Below are positions 27,149 to 37,700 of a stretch of 58,822 nucleotides of DNA, piece by piece. The translations under genes were made by a program, and so were the position numbers. Under the pieces are notes generated by a model. It did not search any database, had not been told where the DNA came from, and was given only the letters and a program-made list of their open reading frames with translations. Positions within the stretch are counted from its first letter, which is position 1, and each line of letters opens with the position of its first letter. This stretch comes from Euryarchaeota archaeon UBA10 (GTDB lineage Archaea; Thermoplasmatota; Poseidoniia; Poseidoniales; Poseidoniaceae), in the NCBI GenBank assembly GCA_002498185.1, contig DAGO01000089.1, positions 12,118 to 70,939 on the forward strand, read 5' to 3'.

Positions 27149-28069
27149 ATGCAGCCTGCAGCCGTAAGTATCCCGACTCAAGCCGTGATGCCACAAACTG
27201 AGCCCCGATTTAAAGACAAAGAAGCCAGCACCATCAATGGATTCATTGGACTACTAATCCACTTATCCCTGAGTGTATTCAATATACTGTTATTGGCCAC
27301 TGGACCAGGGGCACTTCTTCTGATAATCACCGGCCCAATTTGGCTAGTATTGTGGAATTCTTACGTAATTGTGAATCCAAATGAAGCAGTAGTGACTCAA
27401 TTCTTTGGACGATATGTCTCAACTCTAAAAACAGAAGGTTTCAGATTTTTCTTTAACCCTCTGTACAGCAAGTCAAAGATTTCATTCAAGATCAACAACT
27501 TCGAATCCAGCAAATTGAAAGTTAACGACGTTAATGCGAACCCAATCGATATTGCAGCTGTTGTTGTCTGGAGGGTCTATGATGCTGCAGAAGCAATGTT
27601 CGAAGTAGAGAACTACGGGCATTATGTCCAGATTCAAAGCGAAGCAGCCCTGCGTGAAATGGCTACGAAGTACCCCTACGATGCTATCGAAGAGAAAGAT
27701 ATTGGAGGAATCACACTCTCTAGTCACCAAGATGAAATCGCAAAGCAATTGCAACAATCTGTTGAGGCTCGTCTAGCAAGAGCCGGTATCCAAGTATTGG
27801 AGGCTAGAATCTCTTACCTCGCTTATTCTACAGAAATTGCACAAGCAATGCTACGCCGCCAGCAAGCGAGCGCAGTCGTTGCAGCACGTCGTGAGATCGT
27901 CGACGGAGCAGTCGGCATGGTCGAACTTGCACTACAACAACTATCTACCAAAGGAATCATTGAATTAGACGAGGATAAAAAAGCGACAATGGTTAGTAAT
28001 CTGTTAGTCGTGCTATGTTCTGAGACTGATACAACGCCTGTCGTTAACACCGGAACATTGTACCAGTGA
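27149..28069 (+). CDS. SPFH/Band-7 domain membrane protein
   Basis: An N-terminal TM hairpin is followed by VVTQFFGRYVSTLKTEGFRFFFNP...IDIAAVVVWRVYDAAEAMFEVENYGHYVQIQSEAALREMATKYPYD and an Ala/Gln-rich coiled-coil segment, which is typical SPFH. Confidence 0.8.
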   Translation: MQPAAVSIPTQAVMPQTEPRFKDKEASTINGFIGLLIHLSLSVFNILLLATGPGALLLIITGPIWLVLWNSYVIVNPNEAVVTQFFGRYVSTLKTEGFRFFFNPLYSKSKISFKINNFESSKLKVNDVNANPIDIAAVVVWRVYDAAEAMFEVENYGHYVQIQSEAALREMATKYPYDAIEEKDIGGITLSSHQDEIAKQLQQSVEARLARAGIQVLEARISYLAYSTEIAQAMLRRQQASAVVAARREIVDGAVGMVELALQQLSTKGIIELDEDKKATMVSNLLVVLCSETDTTPVVNTGTLYQ

Positions 28070-28845
28070 GGTTGGTTGAAATGAGAACAGCACCAAAAGT
28101 AGTTCTTGTAATAGGATTAGTTCTAACTATAATTGGAATTGTTGGTTTTGCAATAGGCATGGATAGCGTTTCAGAGATTGAAGAAGAATTTACCAAGTAC
28201 GAGCTTGAAAATGTAACAAACGGAACAATTGTCATAGAAGACACAGACGGTTATGGAGACCTAGGCGTGACATTTTGGGTCAAGGGAGTCTACGAAGATG
28301 CGAATGAAAATGGCGAATGGGATGTCTGTGAATCGACGACAATAACAGTCCTATCCGCTCCTGAAGTCAACACCGAATGGGATGAAGACCTAAATGGTGA
28401 GTTCTATTATGAAGGAAATTATGATGCATACGGCAATGTCAGCAATTGTGACTCTAATTCTCTAAACAAAGTTCTGGACAGAGAAAGTGATGGACTAGTT
28501 AAGGTTGGAAGAGCGTGTTTAGCGTGTTATTCAGGCAATCTTACTTTCGAATCTAATGTACCTGTATGGGTAACCTATGATGATAAGTTAGCTGAAGAAA
28601 TCATTGATGAAATCGGCGCTTTATTCCTTGGATTCATCGGTGGCTTTGGAGGATTGTGCTGTGGAATTATATTCCTGATTATTGGAATTATCATGGCCCT
28701 TACAATGAAGGATGATGGTCCTAAACAAATGATGTACATGCCACCAGCTGACAATCAATTGATTGCTCAGCAACCTGGAAGCCAACCAACCACCACACAC
28801 ATGTCACAACCAGACTTTGGAAATCCTCCTCAAGGCGGACTATAG
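28066..28845 (+). CDS. hypothetical two-TM protein with Cys-containing extracytoplasmic domain and P/Q-rich tail
   Basis: 259-aa ORF. A GTG start overlaps the SPFH stop (GTGA); the alternative is ATG at 28081. No family recognised. Confidence 0.4.
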   Translation: MRLVEMRTAPKVVLVIGLVLTIIGIVGFAIGMDSVSEIEEEFTKYELENVTNGTIVIEDTDGYGDLGVTFWVKGVYEDANENGEWDVCESTTITVLSAPEVNTEWDEDLNGEFYYEGNYDAYGNVSNCDSNSLNKVLDRESDGLVKVGRACLACYSGNLTFESNVPVWVTYDDKLAEEIIDEIGALFLGFIGGFGGLCCGIIFLIIGIIMALTMKDDGPKQMMYMPPADNQLIAQQPGSQPTTTHMSQPDFGNPPQGGL

Positions 28846-28853
28846 GTGATTAA

Positions 28854-29060
28854 ATGGAAATTCGACTAATCATAACTTCAGTGTTCTCAATAATGATTCT
28901 GCTTTATGTTGGTTATTGCTGGGTAAATCAAGGCGTGCATGCAAAAGGGAAAGGATGGGTAACAAGAGAATTCGCACCCAAGACATTCTGGTTTTGCATG
29001 ATTCTATACTTAGTGATGGCAATAGGAATATTTGCGAATACTTTCTTTATGCCAAGATGA
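28854..29060 (+). CDS. small hypothetical membrane protein
   Basis: 68-aa ORF with two hydrophobic helices. No signature, so the coding status is uncertain. Confidence 0.3.
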   Translation: MEIRLIITSVFSIMILLYVGYCWVNQGVHAKGKGWVTREFAPKTFWFCMILYLVMAIGIFANTFFMPR

Positions 29061-29070
29061 TGGGATTGAA

Positions 29071-29226
29071 ATGGAGAAAAAGAAGATTTTACTGCGATTA
29101 GATCCTAAAATCCACGAAGCCCTCAAGCGATGGGCTGATGATGAGTTTAGGTCACTCAATTCACACATTGAGTTCTTGCTAAAAAAATCGCTCAGCAGTA
29201 ATAGGCGCACCGACGAGGATGAATGA
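29071..29226 (+). CDS. Arc/ribbon-helix-helix DNA-binding protein
   Basis: MEKKKILLRLDPKIHEALKRWADDEFRSLNSHIEFLLKKSL matches the Arc-type pattern (beta-strand lRl, then A....RSlN..ie.ll). Confidence 0.55.
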   Translation: MEKKKILLRLDPKIHEALKRWADDEFRSLNSHIEFLLKKSLSSNRRTDEDE

Positions 29227-29268
29227 AATCATACATAATTTGAAGTAGAATTTTACTGACAACACATC

Positions 29269-29631
29269 ATGGGCGCTCAAAAGAATGTATTGGGACACGA
29301 CATAGGAGAATGTTCCTGTAAGCCTCTTACAGGATGGTATCGTGACGGTCATTGTAATACCGATGAAATGGATAGAGGCTCGCATACAGTCTGCGCTATT
29401 GTTACCGAAGAGTTTCTTCAATTTGCAAAATCCAAAGGCAACGATTTGATGACACCGGCTCCGCATTTCAATTTCCCTGGTCTAAAACCGGGAGATTCTT
29501 GGTGTGTGTGTGCACGTACTTGGTTGGACGCTTTGAATCACGGGCAAGCATGTCCTGTTGATTTAGAAGCAACCAATATCAAGGCACTGGAAATCATTCC
29601 ACTAGAACTCCTCGAAGACCGCGCAATCTGA
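29269..29631 (+). CDS. DUF2237 family protein
   Basis: NVLGHDIGECSCKPLTGWYRDGHCNTDEMDRGSHTVCAIVTEEFLQFAKSKGNDL...LKPGDSWCVCARTW is the DUF2237 signature along the full length. Confidence 0.8.
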   Translation: MGAQKNVLGHDIGECSCKPLTGWYRDGHCNTDEMDRGSHTVCAIVTEEFLQFAKSKGNDLMTPAPHFNFPGLKPGDSWCVCARTWLDALNHGQACPVDLEATNIKALEIIPLELLEDRAI

Positions 29632-32394
29632 TTATTCACTCTCTGTATTTGCAAGGTACTTTTGAGCATCTTGCTTTAGGAAAGGAGTGTACATTGCAGG
29701 TAATACAAACAGACTAGATACCAATGCTAGAATGATTGCTACCACGAATACCTGACCGAATAATTGCAGCGGTACAAGTGAAGAGAAATTCAGAACTGAG
29801 AAACCACCTGCAGTGGTTAATGCCGCTCCGAACATGGCCCGACCGGTTGTTGCAACAGATTTTGTTGACCAAACTACAGGGTCAGCACTCGGTGCATGCT
29901 CTACTTCCTCCTCCAGTCTAGTCGTAAGGTGTACTGCATAGTCAACACCTAATCCGAGTGTGAGGGCACCAATCGTAACAGTTTGTGAATTCAATTGATA
30001 TCCGGTAAGTCCCATGATACCATATACCCAAACAACGACAACCATCAATGGAATCCAAGTTACAAACCCTCTTGCAGCACCACGAATAACATCCTTCTGC
30101 CTCACCGTATTTATTCCAACTAGCATCAGTAAAATTACCGCAGCAACTGTACCAGTTGATATGACTGCGGAGTCAGCAACATCTGCAGTAACTTGTGCTA
30201 GAATTAGTGAGCGTCCAGATAATTGAACGGTGAAATCTCCACTACTGTCATCAGCAATCTCTGCAAGATTTGCGGAAAGTTCGGACTCAAAATCAGCGGT
30301 AGCTTGCCAATCCAAAGTCGCTGCTTGGAAGGAGATCACAGTTTGTGAAGCGTCTGAATTAAGATTGCCTGAAGAAATATTTCTTCCATCTTCTGTTAAC
30401 AACCAAGTCTCAAGAGCAGCCCAAGATGATTCATCATCACCCAATCCACTCATCAAGGCATCAAGTTCGCTATTTGTTGTGCGTGAATCTTCTAGAACAG
30501 ACCATATTCCAATAGGCAATCCCGTCGTTTTCGGATTATCTGATAACTCCAGTACAACACTATCATACAGCGCCCTACCGTCTTGCGAGATTACATCACC
30601 ATCCAATACTGCATACAATGGCGAGGGACTACTCCGGAATTCATCAGCGATCAGTAAGAAATCTTGTACGACTGGAACCGAATCATCGAAATTGTCTCGG
30701 GTATCGAATCCTACCTCTAATTGTTGGAAACCGAGGAACATTGGGACCGATATCAAAATTGTAACGACTATCACTTTTTGTGGCACATTGACCAGTGAAC
30801 CAATCCATGAAGACACCGGGCCAATGTCATTCTTGCCTGACTTTTGCAAAGGCAGTTTCTTTGGCGGTATAATCATCATTAATGCCGGTAATGCAGTAAT
30901 ACTCAACAGATAGATGAAGAACAATCCGATTGCGATTACGGTACCAAACGAGACCAAAAATTGCTGAGAAGAGAATCTGAACGATAGGAAACCAACCATG
31001 TCGGTAAAGATAGCAACCATCAATGCTGCAGAAGTGAGAATAGTTCCTTTGCGGATAGCGATTCTTCTAGCCTCGATTGAAAAATCTCTCAGGGTTTCTC
31101 TTCCCTGTGGGTCTGCCTTCTCTTTGTCTTGCAACTCCTCCCTGATTCTGGCCACTACGTGCAAACCATAGTCAACACCGATTGCCAACAGTAAAATTGG
31201 GATTGAGTTCATCGCTGCATTGAATACCATTTTCACACCTAAAACTGTGAGCAAACCAGCCATTCCGTATGTCGCTAAGATTGCAAACACAGTCAATACC
31301 AATACATTTGCAGTATCCCGCTTACTTCGGAACTTGGTCCATAATATGAAGCCAAGAAGCAGAAGACAGAGGGAGTTTAGAATTCCCAATTCTTTGCCGA
31401 GGTTTGCGTTTTGTCCAGTTGCAAATTGAGAGAAAGAGAACACAGAAATTTCCGAATCACCCGTTTCAGATTTCGCTTGTGTAGCTAATTCTTCTGCCCA
31501 TTCACTAACCTTTTCTTGTACATCTCCAATAACTTCAACTCCGTGCTCACCTGGCTCGGTTACTACTACGAAAGTAGTCAGTACTGGGCCATCAGAGCCC
31601 CATGGATCGACAGAATCCTCAGCCGGTAAATTGGAAATCATCATTGAGCGATAATCAATAGATTGCATACCCATTAACATTCCAATCTTCCCAGAGATTG
31701 GTCCAGTTACAATTGCAATTTCACTGCTGTTTGGGCCCTGAATTAGATTGGTTAGATCAGTGGATAAATCTGACAATATTGATGTTATATTTGCCCCTTC
31801 ATCTATTCTTTCGAGCCACAAGTTAGGGTCTTCTGGTTGCCAATTCCTCAAATCGGCAGCACTTACCAAACTTGGGCTTGGAATGCTTGCACTAACTGTG
31901 CTCAAGTTAGCAAGAGTGCCAGCTAGGCTCTCATTGTCCGAAGATGCAACTGCATCAATTGCTGATTGTAATCCAGAAATCCAAGATTCTGCCGTTAATG
32001 GATCTTGTAGACTATGCCACTGAATTGCAGCACTTGCCATCCCGCTGTTAGGCTGTATTCCGAACAGAGGATATTGATACTCCTGCAAGTCCTGATTTTC
32101 CAACAAAATCGCTTCTAATGTAGCGAGTTGCTCCCACGTAGATTCTTCGTACAAGTCTCCTGAATCGATATCGTCGATGAATCGGATGAAGTCAATTGAG
32201 GCTTGATATTCATCCTCGACCTCATTCAGCAATCTGACAGTCTCATTATCGGGGAAGAAAGCATCCTCACTGTTGTCGAAATTGATGAACATAGCATTAG
32301 GTGTTAATGAAAAGATGAATACCAATATGATTGCAATTGTCGTTTTTGGCCTCTCCGTACTGAGACTAGTCATACCGTCAAAAATTCTCTTCAT
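29632..32394 (-). CDS. RND-superfamily (MMPL/SSD-type) exporter
   Basis: 920 aa with two repeats of TM1, a large loop and a five-helix bundle. GVDYGLHVVARIREE and GVDYAVHLTTRLEEE recur at equivalent positions, as is typical of MMPL/HpnN-like RND proteins. Confidence 0.8.
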   Translation of the reverse strand: MKRIFDGMTSLSTERPKTTIAIILVFIFSLTPNAMFINFDNSEDAFFPDNETVRLLNEVEDEYQASIDFIRFIDDIDSGDLYEESTWEQLATLEAILLENQDLQEYQYPLFGIQPNSGMASAAIQWHSLQDPLTAESWISGLQSAIDAVASSDNESLAGTLANLSTVSASIPSPSLVSAADLRNWQPEDPNLWLERIDEGANITSILSDLSTDLTNLIQGPNSSEIAIVTGPISGKIGMLMGMQSIDYRSMMISNLPAEDSVDPWGSDGPVLTTFVVVTEPGEHGVEVIGDVQEKVSEWAEELATQAKSETGDSEISVFSFSQFATGQNANLGKELGILNSLCLLLLGFILWTKFRSKRDTANVLVLTVFAILATYGMAGLLTVLGVKMVFNAAMNSIPILLLAIGVDYGLHVVARIREELQDKEKADPQGRETLRDFSIEARRIAIRKGTILTSAALMVAIFTDMVGFLSFRFSSQQFLVSFGTVIAIGLFFIYLLSITALPALMMIIPPKKLPLQKSGKNDIGPVSSWIGSLVNVPQKVIVVTILISVPMFLGFQQLEVGFDTRDNFDDSVPVVQDFLLIADEFRSSPSPLYAVLDGDVISQDGRALYDSVVLELSDNPKTTGLPIGIWSVLEDSRTTNSELDALMSGLGDDESSWAALETWLLTEDGRNISSGNLNSDASQTVISFQAATLDWQATADFESELSANLAEIADDSSGDFTVQLSGRSLILAQVTADVADSAVISTGTVAAVILLMLVGINTVRQKDVIRGAARGFVTWIPLMVVVVWVYGIMGLTGYQLNSQTVTIGALTLGLGVDYAVHLTTRLEEEVEHAPSADPVVWSTKSVATTGRAMFGAALTTAGGFSVLNFSSLVPLQLFGQVFVVAIILALVSSLFVLPAMYTPFLKQDAQKYLANTESE

Positions 32395-32521
32395 ACAATC
32401 GACCTATCATAAACCCGATTTATTCAATTATATTTGCTTGTTTGAAATCTAACTAAATTCACCCACATTTTGTTTGTTTACGAAATCTGCGAAGTCAAGA
32501 GACAATGCTCAATGTTACAGG

Positions 32522-32650
32522 TGCCGGGAGCGGGGCTTGAACCCGCGACCTTCGGATGTCTCAGACATGTGAAGGGGCTTTGGTACGTCACAAAAAGTTC
32601 CTTAGAACTGCCCTATGAGTCCGACGCGCCACCAACTACGCCACCCCGGC
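32522..32650 (-). tRNA. elongator tRNA-Met (anticodon CAT) with 56-nt intron at position 37/38
   Basis: Minus-strand read: GCCGGGG-TG-GCGT-AGTTGGTG-GCGC-G-TCGGA-CTCATA[56-nt intron GGGCAG...CTGAGAC]A-TCCGA-AGGTC-GCGGG-TTCAAGC-CCCGC-TCCCGGC-A. G1:C72 and an anticodon stem without GGG/CCC argue for elongator rather than initiator. Intron TGAG can pair with anticodon-loop CTCA, and GGGC pairs with GCCC, which is compatible with a bulge-helix-bulge. Confidence 0.85.
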
Positions 32651-32772
32651 AAGCAATCCGCCCACCGTACTCCCCTCTTTGAATAATGCGGCCAATTTAA
32701 GTGAAATTTTGCTCACATAAATCCTCTCTAACAACCACAGGATTCATTCACTGGCAACTATCCGCACATCTG

Positions 32773-33639
32773 ATGGTCGACATCAATACTGCCATGGCAG
32801 CGGCTGCCGCAGAAAGGCGAAACCGAGGCACTGGTGACAAGGAGAGAAAGAAAAATCGCTCTGGTGCAGACATGGGAATCGAGTCTTTTGACCCTGTCAA
32901 GCATGTATCTAAAGAAAAAGCTGACACTGTTTCAATGTGGCTAGTAATTTCTTTTGCAGCAACAATGTCGCTACTCATGCGATATGTTGCGATGCCTAAT
33001 TCGCAGGACAATTCAGACCTACTTTGGTTCATCCCTATGATGGCAATTTTCTTGTTACCCTCAATTCACAGGGCAATTCTTCCTGAAAAGTTCGTCGAAC
33101 ACTACACAAAAGGAACCTGGTTCAAGGCATCGTTCTTGCACATCTTTACGTGGTTAGCGCTAACTTTCCTTCTATCTAATGCACCATTTGCTGACATTGT
33201 TGCACCAGAAGTTGACGATGGTTGGGGTATGATTTCTTCTAGTGAAGAAGGATATGATTTCACTAAATCATCAGACGGTGAGGTTACACTAACCGAAGGC
33301 TATACTGGATCACATTTCATCGTCTTAGCATTCAGTGATAATTACGATGCTGCTGATGCTGAATATGCTATATCTTATTCATGGCTTGACAAAAATGAAA
33401 GTTCAGCAAATAATTCATGGTCTGAAATAGAAAGTACCGATGCTACTGCTCTAGATTCAGTTCGAACTCACAAGGATATTGATTACCCAGTTGCAATTGC
33501 AATTCCTGAAGGTTTGGAAGAAGGAAGTTATGACTTCGTAATCAAGGTAACAGAAGATGGTGACCCTTGGGAAAACACTAGGACTGTAACAATGACTCTA
33601 GTAGTTGAGGAATTGGTTGAAGAAGACTCAACTGAGTAA
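32773..33639 (+). CDS. hypothetical membrane protein with extracytoplasmic beta-rich domain
   Basis: The ORF has three TM helices followed by an acidic Ig-like-looking domain. Start taken at ATG 32773 rather than GTG 32701, which would run into the tRNA promoter region. Confidence 0.4.
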   Translation: MVDINTAMAAAAAERRNRGTGDKERKKNRSGADMGIESFDPVKHVSKEKADTVSMWLVISFAATMSLLMRYVAMPNSQDNSDLLWFIPMMAIFLLPSIHRAILPEKFVEHYTKGTWFKASFLHIFTWLALTFLLSNAPFADIVAPEVDDGWGMISSSEEGYDFTKSSDGEVTLTEGYTGSHFIVLAFSDNYDAADAEYAISYSWLDKNESSANNSWSEIESTDATALDSVRTHKDIDYPVAIAIPEGLEEGSYDFVIKVTEDGDPWENTRTVTMTLVVEELVEEDSTE

Positions 33640-34581
33640 CTTTGACAGCCTTGCAGTCAGAGCGTCTAATTGGATAGCTTCCCCACCGCCTTCGACCAAT
33701 CTAAAATCGATTTCAGCCATCAATTCCGTGAGTTCCAATTTTTGAATCTCTGATAAGAAATCAGCACCGTACAATTCGCGATGCAATTGGTTAACGAAAT
33801 CTGTTCCTGCTAACCCGTACTTGTCCAATAACTCTCGCAATCTTCTGCGGGCGGCATGGAAACCGTCCTGCCTGCAAGCCATTAGGTACTGGTGAAGTGA
33901 TTCAGGAGGTGCAGTTGCACTCGTCTCATAGATTAGAGATCTCGAGACATTTTTTTCAAGAGCTGCAGCGACTTGAAGGGCTGTAATCGCTTTTCTCAAA
34001 TCTCCTTGAGAGATTCTTACCAATGCTTCAGCAGCCTCATCATCAAGTCCGACCTTTTCCAAACTAGCCACAGATTTTACCTGGTCTAATACATCAGCAT
34101 CAGCTAGTGGCCTAAATCTGAATACGGCACATCGGCTCTGAATTGGTTCGATAATTTTACTAGAATAGTTGCAGGAGAGAATGAATCTGCAGGTTTGAGC
34201 GTATTGTTCCATAATTCTTCTCAGTGCACCTTGAGCATCATGGGTCAGGGCATCTGCTTCATCGAGGAAAATAATCTTGAATTTCGCATCGCCATAAGGC
34301 GAGGTTCTAGCAAACTGCTTGACCTTGGTTCGAATACTCTCCAATTTTCTCTCATCGCTAGCATTCATCTCCAACAAATTGTTCCTGAATTCTGGGCCGA
34401 AAACATCCCTTGTCAACGCCATAGCAGCAGTCGTTTTTCCAGTCCCGGGTGGACCAGCGAAAAGTAAGTGCGGGAAGTCTGCCAGGTTGGCATATGAAGC
34501 CAATCTTTGAACGACAGAGGACTGACCACGTATGTCGCCAACCGTCCGGGGTCGATGACGTTCAACCCAAAGTTCGCTCAT
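33628..34581 (-). CDS. rfcS: replication factor C small subunit
   Basis: WVERHRPRTVGDIRGQ, HLLFAGPPGTGKTT, IIFLDEADALT, SCNYSSKIIEPIQSRCAVFRF and GDLRKAI are RFC boxes II-VIII. Start at ATG 34581 (MSELW). Confidence 0.9.
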   Translation of the reverse strand: MSELWVERHRPRTVGDIRGQSSVVQRLASYANLADFPHLLFAGPPGTGKTTAAMALTRDVFGPEFRNNLLEMNASDERKLESIRTKVKQFARTSPYGDAKFKIIFLDEADALTHDAQGALRRIMEQYAQTCRFILSCNYSSKIIEPIQSRCAVFRFRPLADADVLDQVKSVASLEKVGLDDEAAEALVRISQGDLRKAITALQVAAALEKNVSRSLIYETSATAPPESLHQYLMACRQDGFHAARRRLRELLDKYGLAGTDFVNQLHRELYGADFLSEIQKLELTELMAEIDFRLVEGGGEAIQLDALTARLSKLLS

Positions 34582-34647
34582 ACTGCGCAAGTCACAACAG
34601 GACGAACTTGAACCTTCGCTTTAGCAAAAAATACCCTATTTGGAATC

Positions 34648-34666
34648 GGCCACCCTACGGGTGGCC
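34648..34666. promoter_or_regulatory. GC-rich perfect hairpin in the divergent rfcS / giant-gene intergenic region
   Basis: GGCCACCC-TAC-GGGTGGCC forms an 8-bp stem with a 3-nt loop. It lies 67 nt upstream of the rfcS ATG and 48 nt upstream of the giant ORF ATG. Confidence 0.3.
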
Positions 34667-34713
34667 AGCCGAAAGGAAACTATACCCCCTCCTTCAGTGG
34701 GAGTGTGAGCCCC

Positions 34714-37700
34714 ATGTCGACGAACAGCCGTGACCGCCGTAAAATTACGACTTCTTTGCTACTGGTTTTGATGTTTTTATTCGCAGATTTATCGCTGCCA
34801 CAAGCAATTCCAAACTGGACAAACGATGAACTGGATGACACTGTAACCATCATGCAAACTACTTCAGCATTCAATGTCAGCAAAGACGCTGGAATCCTAT
34901 CCTCTACTCCAAATTCGAATTACGGAACAGACGAAACCGCTACCTTGGGCTTAGGTATTTCCGGTGAGTCACGTATTCTGATTTCGTTCAACAATTCGGT
35001 TCCTAGTGGAGACATGGTCACTGATTCTATTCTCGAATTAACTTGTGGTATCGACCCGCTAACAATCAGTTCAATCGATATTTTTGCATCAAGATTGAAA
35101 ACATCCTGGGATGAAGCAAATGTAACTTGGACCAGCCCTGATGATGGAGACAATTGGGGACTATCTGGTGCTGATGATGATTCTGATCGTGACACGTGGG
35201 AACCACCATTCTACGGATATGCAAACAACACATTTCAAATCAATGTAACCGCTATCGTCCAAGATGCTGTAATCAATTCACGAGGCTCAATTGACATATT
35301 GCTAGCGGCAACTGGTAGCGAATACACTTGCCACATGTCTGAATCAACAGACACTAACAGCAGGCCATCACTCTCAATTACCCACCAAAATGGAACTCAT
35401 TCTAACGGAGGTAGCCTAGCACCAAACTTCGTAGATGATGGTTCTGCATTGATGGATGAAGATGAATTCCTTCTGAAAGCTGCAACGAATCCTGAACTAT
35501 CATGGGATAGCATGTCCGGTAGCCATGCACAGGTACAGCTATCAAACAATATCGATTTCATATCTGATTCCGATAGTGCTTGGTATTACAACACTGTAGA
35601 CAATTCTTCTCTTTTCACGATTAATGCTGGCACAGGTGAAGGGGCAATGACTGTACCTAACGGGCATGAGTTGTCAAACTCCACCACTATGTACTACAGA
35701 ATGAGAGCGGTTGATTCCGCAGGAACAATCGGTACGTGGAACTCTGGATATTTCCACTTACCAGGACATTCTGTGTCTGAAGTAGACGGATACGGGCAGT
35801 TCACATTTAGTTTCGATGACTTAGGCTTAGTCGAGAAAACTATCGAGGATTCATTCATTGATTCAACTGGTGCTGTAAAGAATACTAACATGGGAAGTGA
35901 AGCAAACATTACTGTTGGTTCATCATCTTCAGCAGACCAATATGGATTGTTAAGATTGAATCTTGATGATGTAGGTATGCACCATAACTCTTCGATCGTT
36001 TCTGCAACTCTATCCTTGGACAGAGTTTCATTCAGCGGTTCAGCCGAGGTCAGTTTCCATATCATGGATGGAGAAGATTGGACTGAATCCGGTGTGACTT
36101 GGAGAAAATACGACGGTACGTACTACTGGGATGACGGAGGCAGAGTCCCTTCGATGTCAGTGGGTCAATTTGAAGGGGACCAATCATCATCTGCAATCGA
36201 GGTCAATCTCACTGCTGCAATTCAAAAATGGATTGACGACAATAATGCAGGTTCAACCACATCAGAATCGCTGGAATTGATGATGGTTGCATCCACTTGG
36301 GGAATAGAAGAATCATCTTCCAAGTTCGTCAACCTTTGCAGCACTGAAGCTACAGGTTGTGACCAACCAAAACTGGACATCACATACGACTGGGGGAGCA
36401 ATGGGCCACCTGCTAGCCCTACTCATCTTTCGCCGACTGATGGACACTCAGTCTGGAACCTAACAGGTGACAATCTATCTGGAAATACAACCCCTACTCT
36501 ATTCTGGGATGGAAGTATCTCTTGGACTGGAGACATGTTGATGCAGGTAGCCACAGACCAAGAATACAGAAACATAGTTCGCTCTTTCAACACTGCAACA
36601 ACTTCGGAGTTCAGTGAAACTGACGGAAACTGGTCAGTTCCTGGTGACGATTCTTTGCAGGATGGAGTCATGTACCATTGGAGAATGGCACAGGTCGACT
36701 CTAGTTCTCACCACCACTCATGGTGGTCAACTTCTTCTTTCCTTGTCTCTGGATTAGAATCCGAATACTTGCAGGACGATGAACACCGCTTGAGGTTATC
36801 ACATGGAAATGCAACCACGGCAGGCGACGCACCAAGTTGTGAGGACACTTACATTGACAGTGGAACACCTAGTAACAACTACAATGGTGAAGATGAGATG
36901 CAAGTCTCATACAACACATTCCCTTCAGAAACCTCTATTCTTCTAGGGTGTGACCTTACTAGCCATCTTCTACCTGATGGATACGCAGTGAAGACTGCTA
37001 CGCTCAAGATGAGATTGGCAGACTATCCATCGGGAACACCAACCCTTGGGGCATGGGAAAGCAGACAACATAACTGGTCTGAATCAGCTGCGACATGGTC
37101 TACATTTGATGGCACCAACAGTTGGGGTACCAGCGGAGCAAAGGGTTGGGAGAGAGCTGGATTATTGGACACTGAATCACTAGGGAATTCTTACTCCGCA
37201 GGCGATTGGGTCGAGCTAGATATTACTCTAGCAGTTCAAAATGCAATGCGTGAAAACCGCTCGGTAGATTTGATTCTAGGAATCGTTGGAGTAGGCTCTG
37301 GCGCTGACAGAGACGCACTATTCTATCCTAACAGTGCGAACTCACCGAACAGGCCTGAGATTTCATTCGTTTATGTGCCAGGTTCTGACGCACTACCCTC
37401 CGAACCTGTTCCCCAAACGCCGTTGAATGGTTCATGGTCGGTTGAAACCGGAATCAATCCTGCACCAGATACCTCTCCACAGTTGACTTGGAACCTAACC
37501 TCAACAGGAGTTACTATTGGAGGATGGTCTATTGAGATGGATACATCCTCAAGTTTCGATTCACCTAACTTGGTAATGGCTACAAGTTGGACAGACACTG
37601 GATTTGATGTTACCAATCAAACATACGACATGACATCAGAATTGCAGACCGGAAATACATGGCACTGGAGAGTTAGAGCGACTAGCGCTACAAACCAAAT

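Noticed and set aside
32556-32611. Possible C/D-box guide sRNA embedded in the tRNA-Met intron, as in some archaeal tRNA introns.
   Set aside because: A CTGA (D-box-like) sequence is present near the 3' end. However, there is no RUGAUGA C box near the 5' end. The closest candidate is GTGACGT in the middle, with two mismatches. A 56-nt intron leaves no room for a full C/D'/C'/D layout.
19474-32650. tRNA-Thr or tRNA-Met as the attachment site of an integrated element or genomic island.
   Set aside because: I found no integrase, no transposase and no direct repeat of either tRNA 3' end. The genes next to tRNA-Thr are core genes (pheS, aminotransferase). The giant surface genes beyond rfcS, a few kb from tRNA-Met, may form a variable island, but there is no mobility signature in the window.
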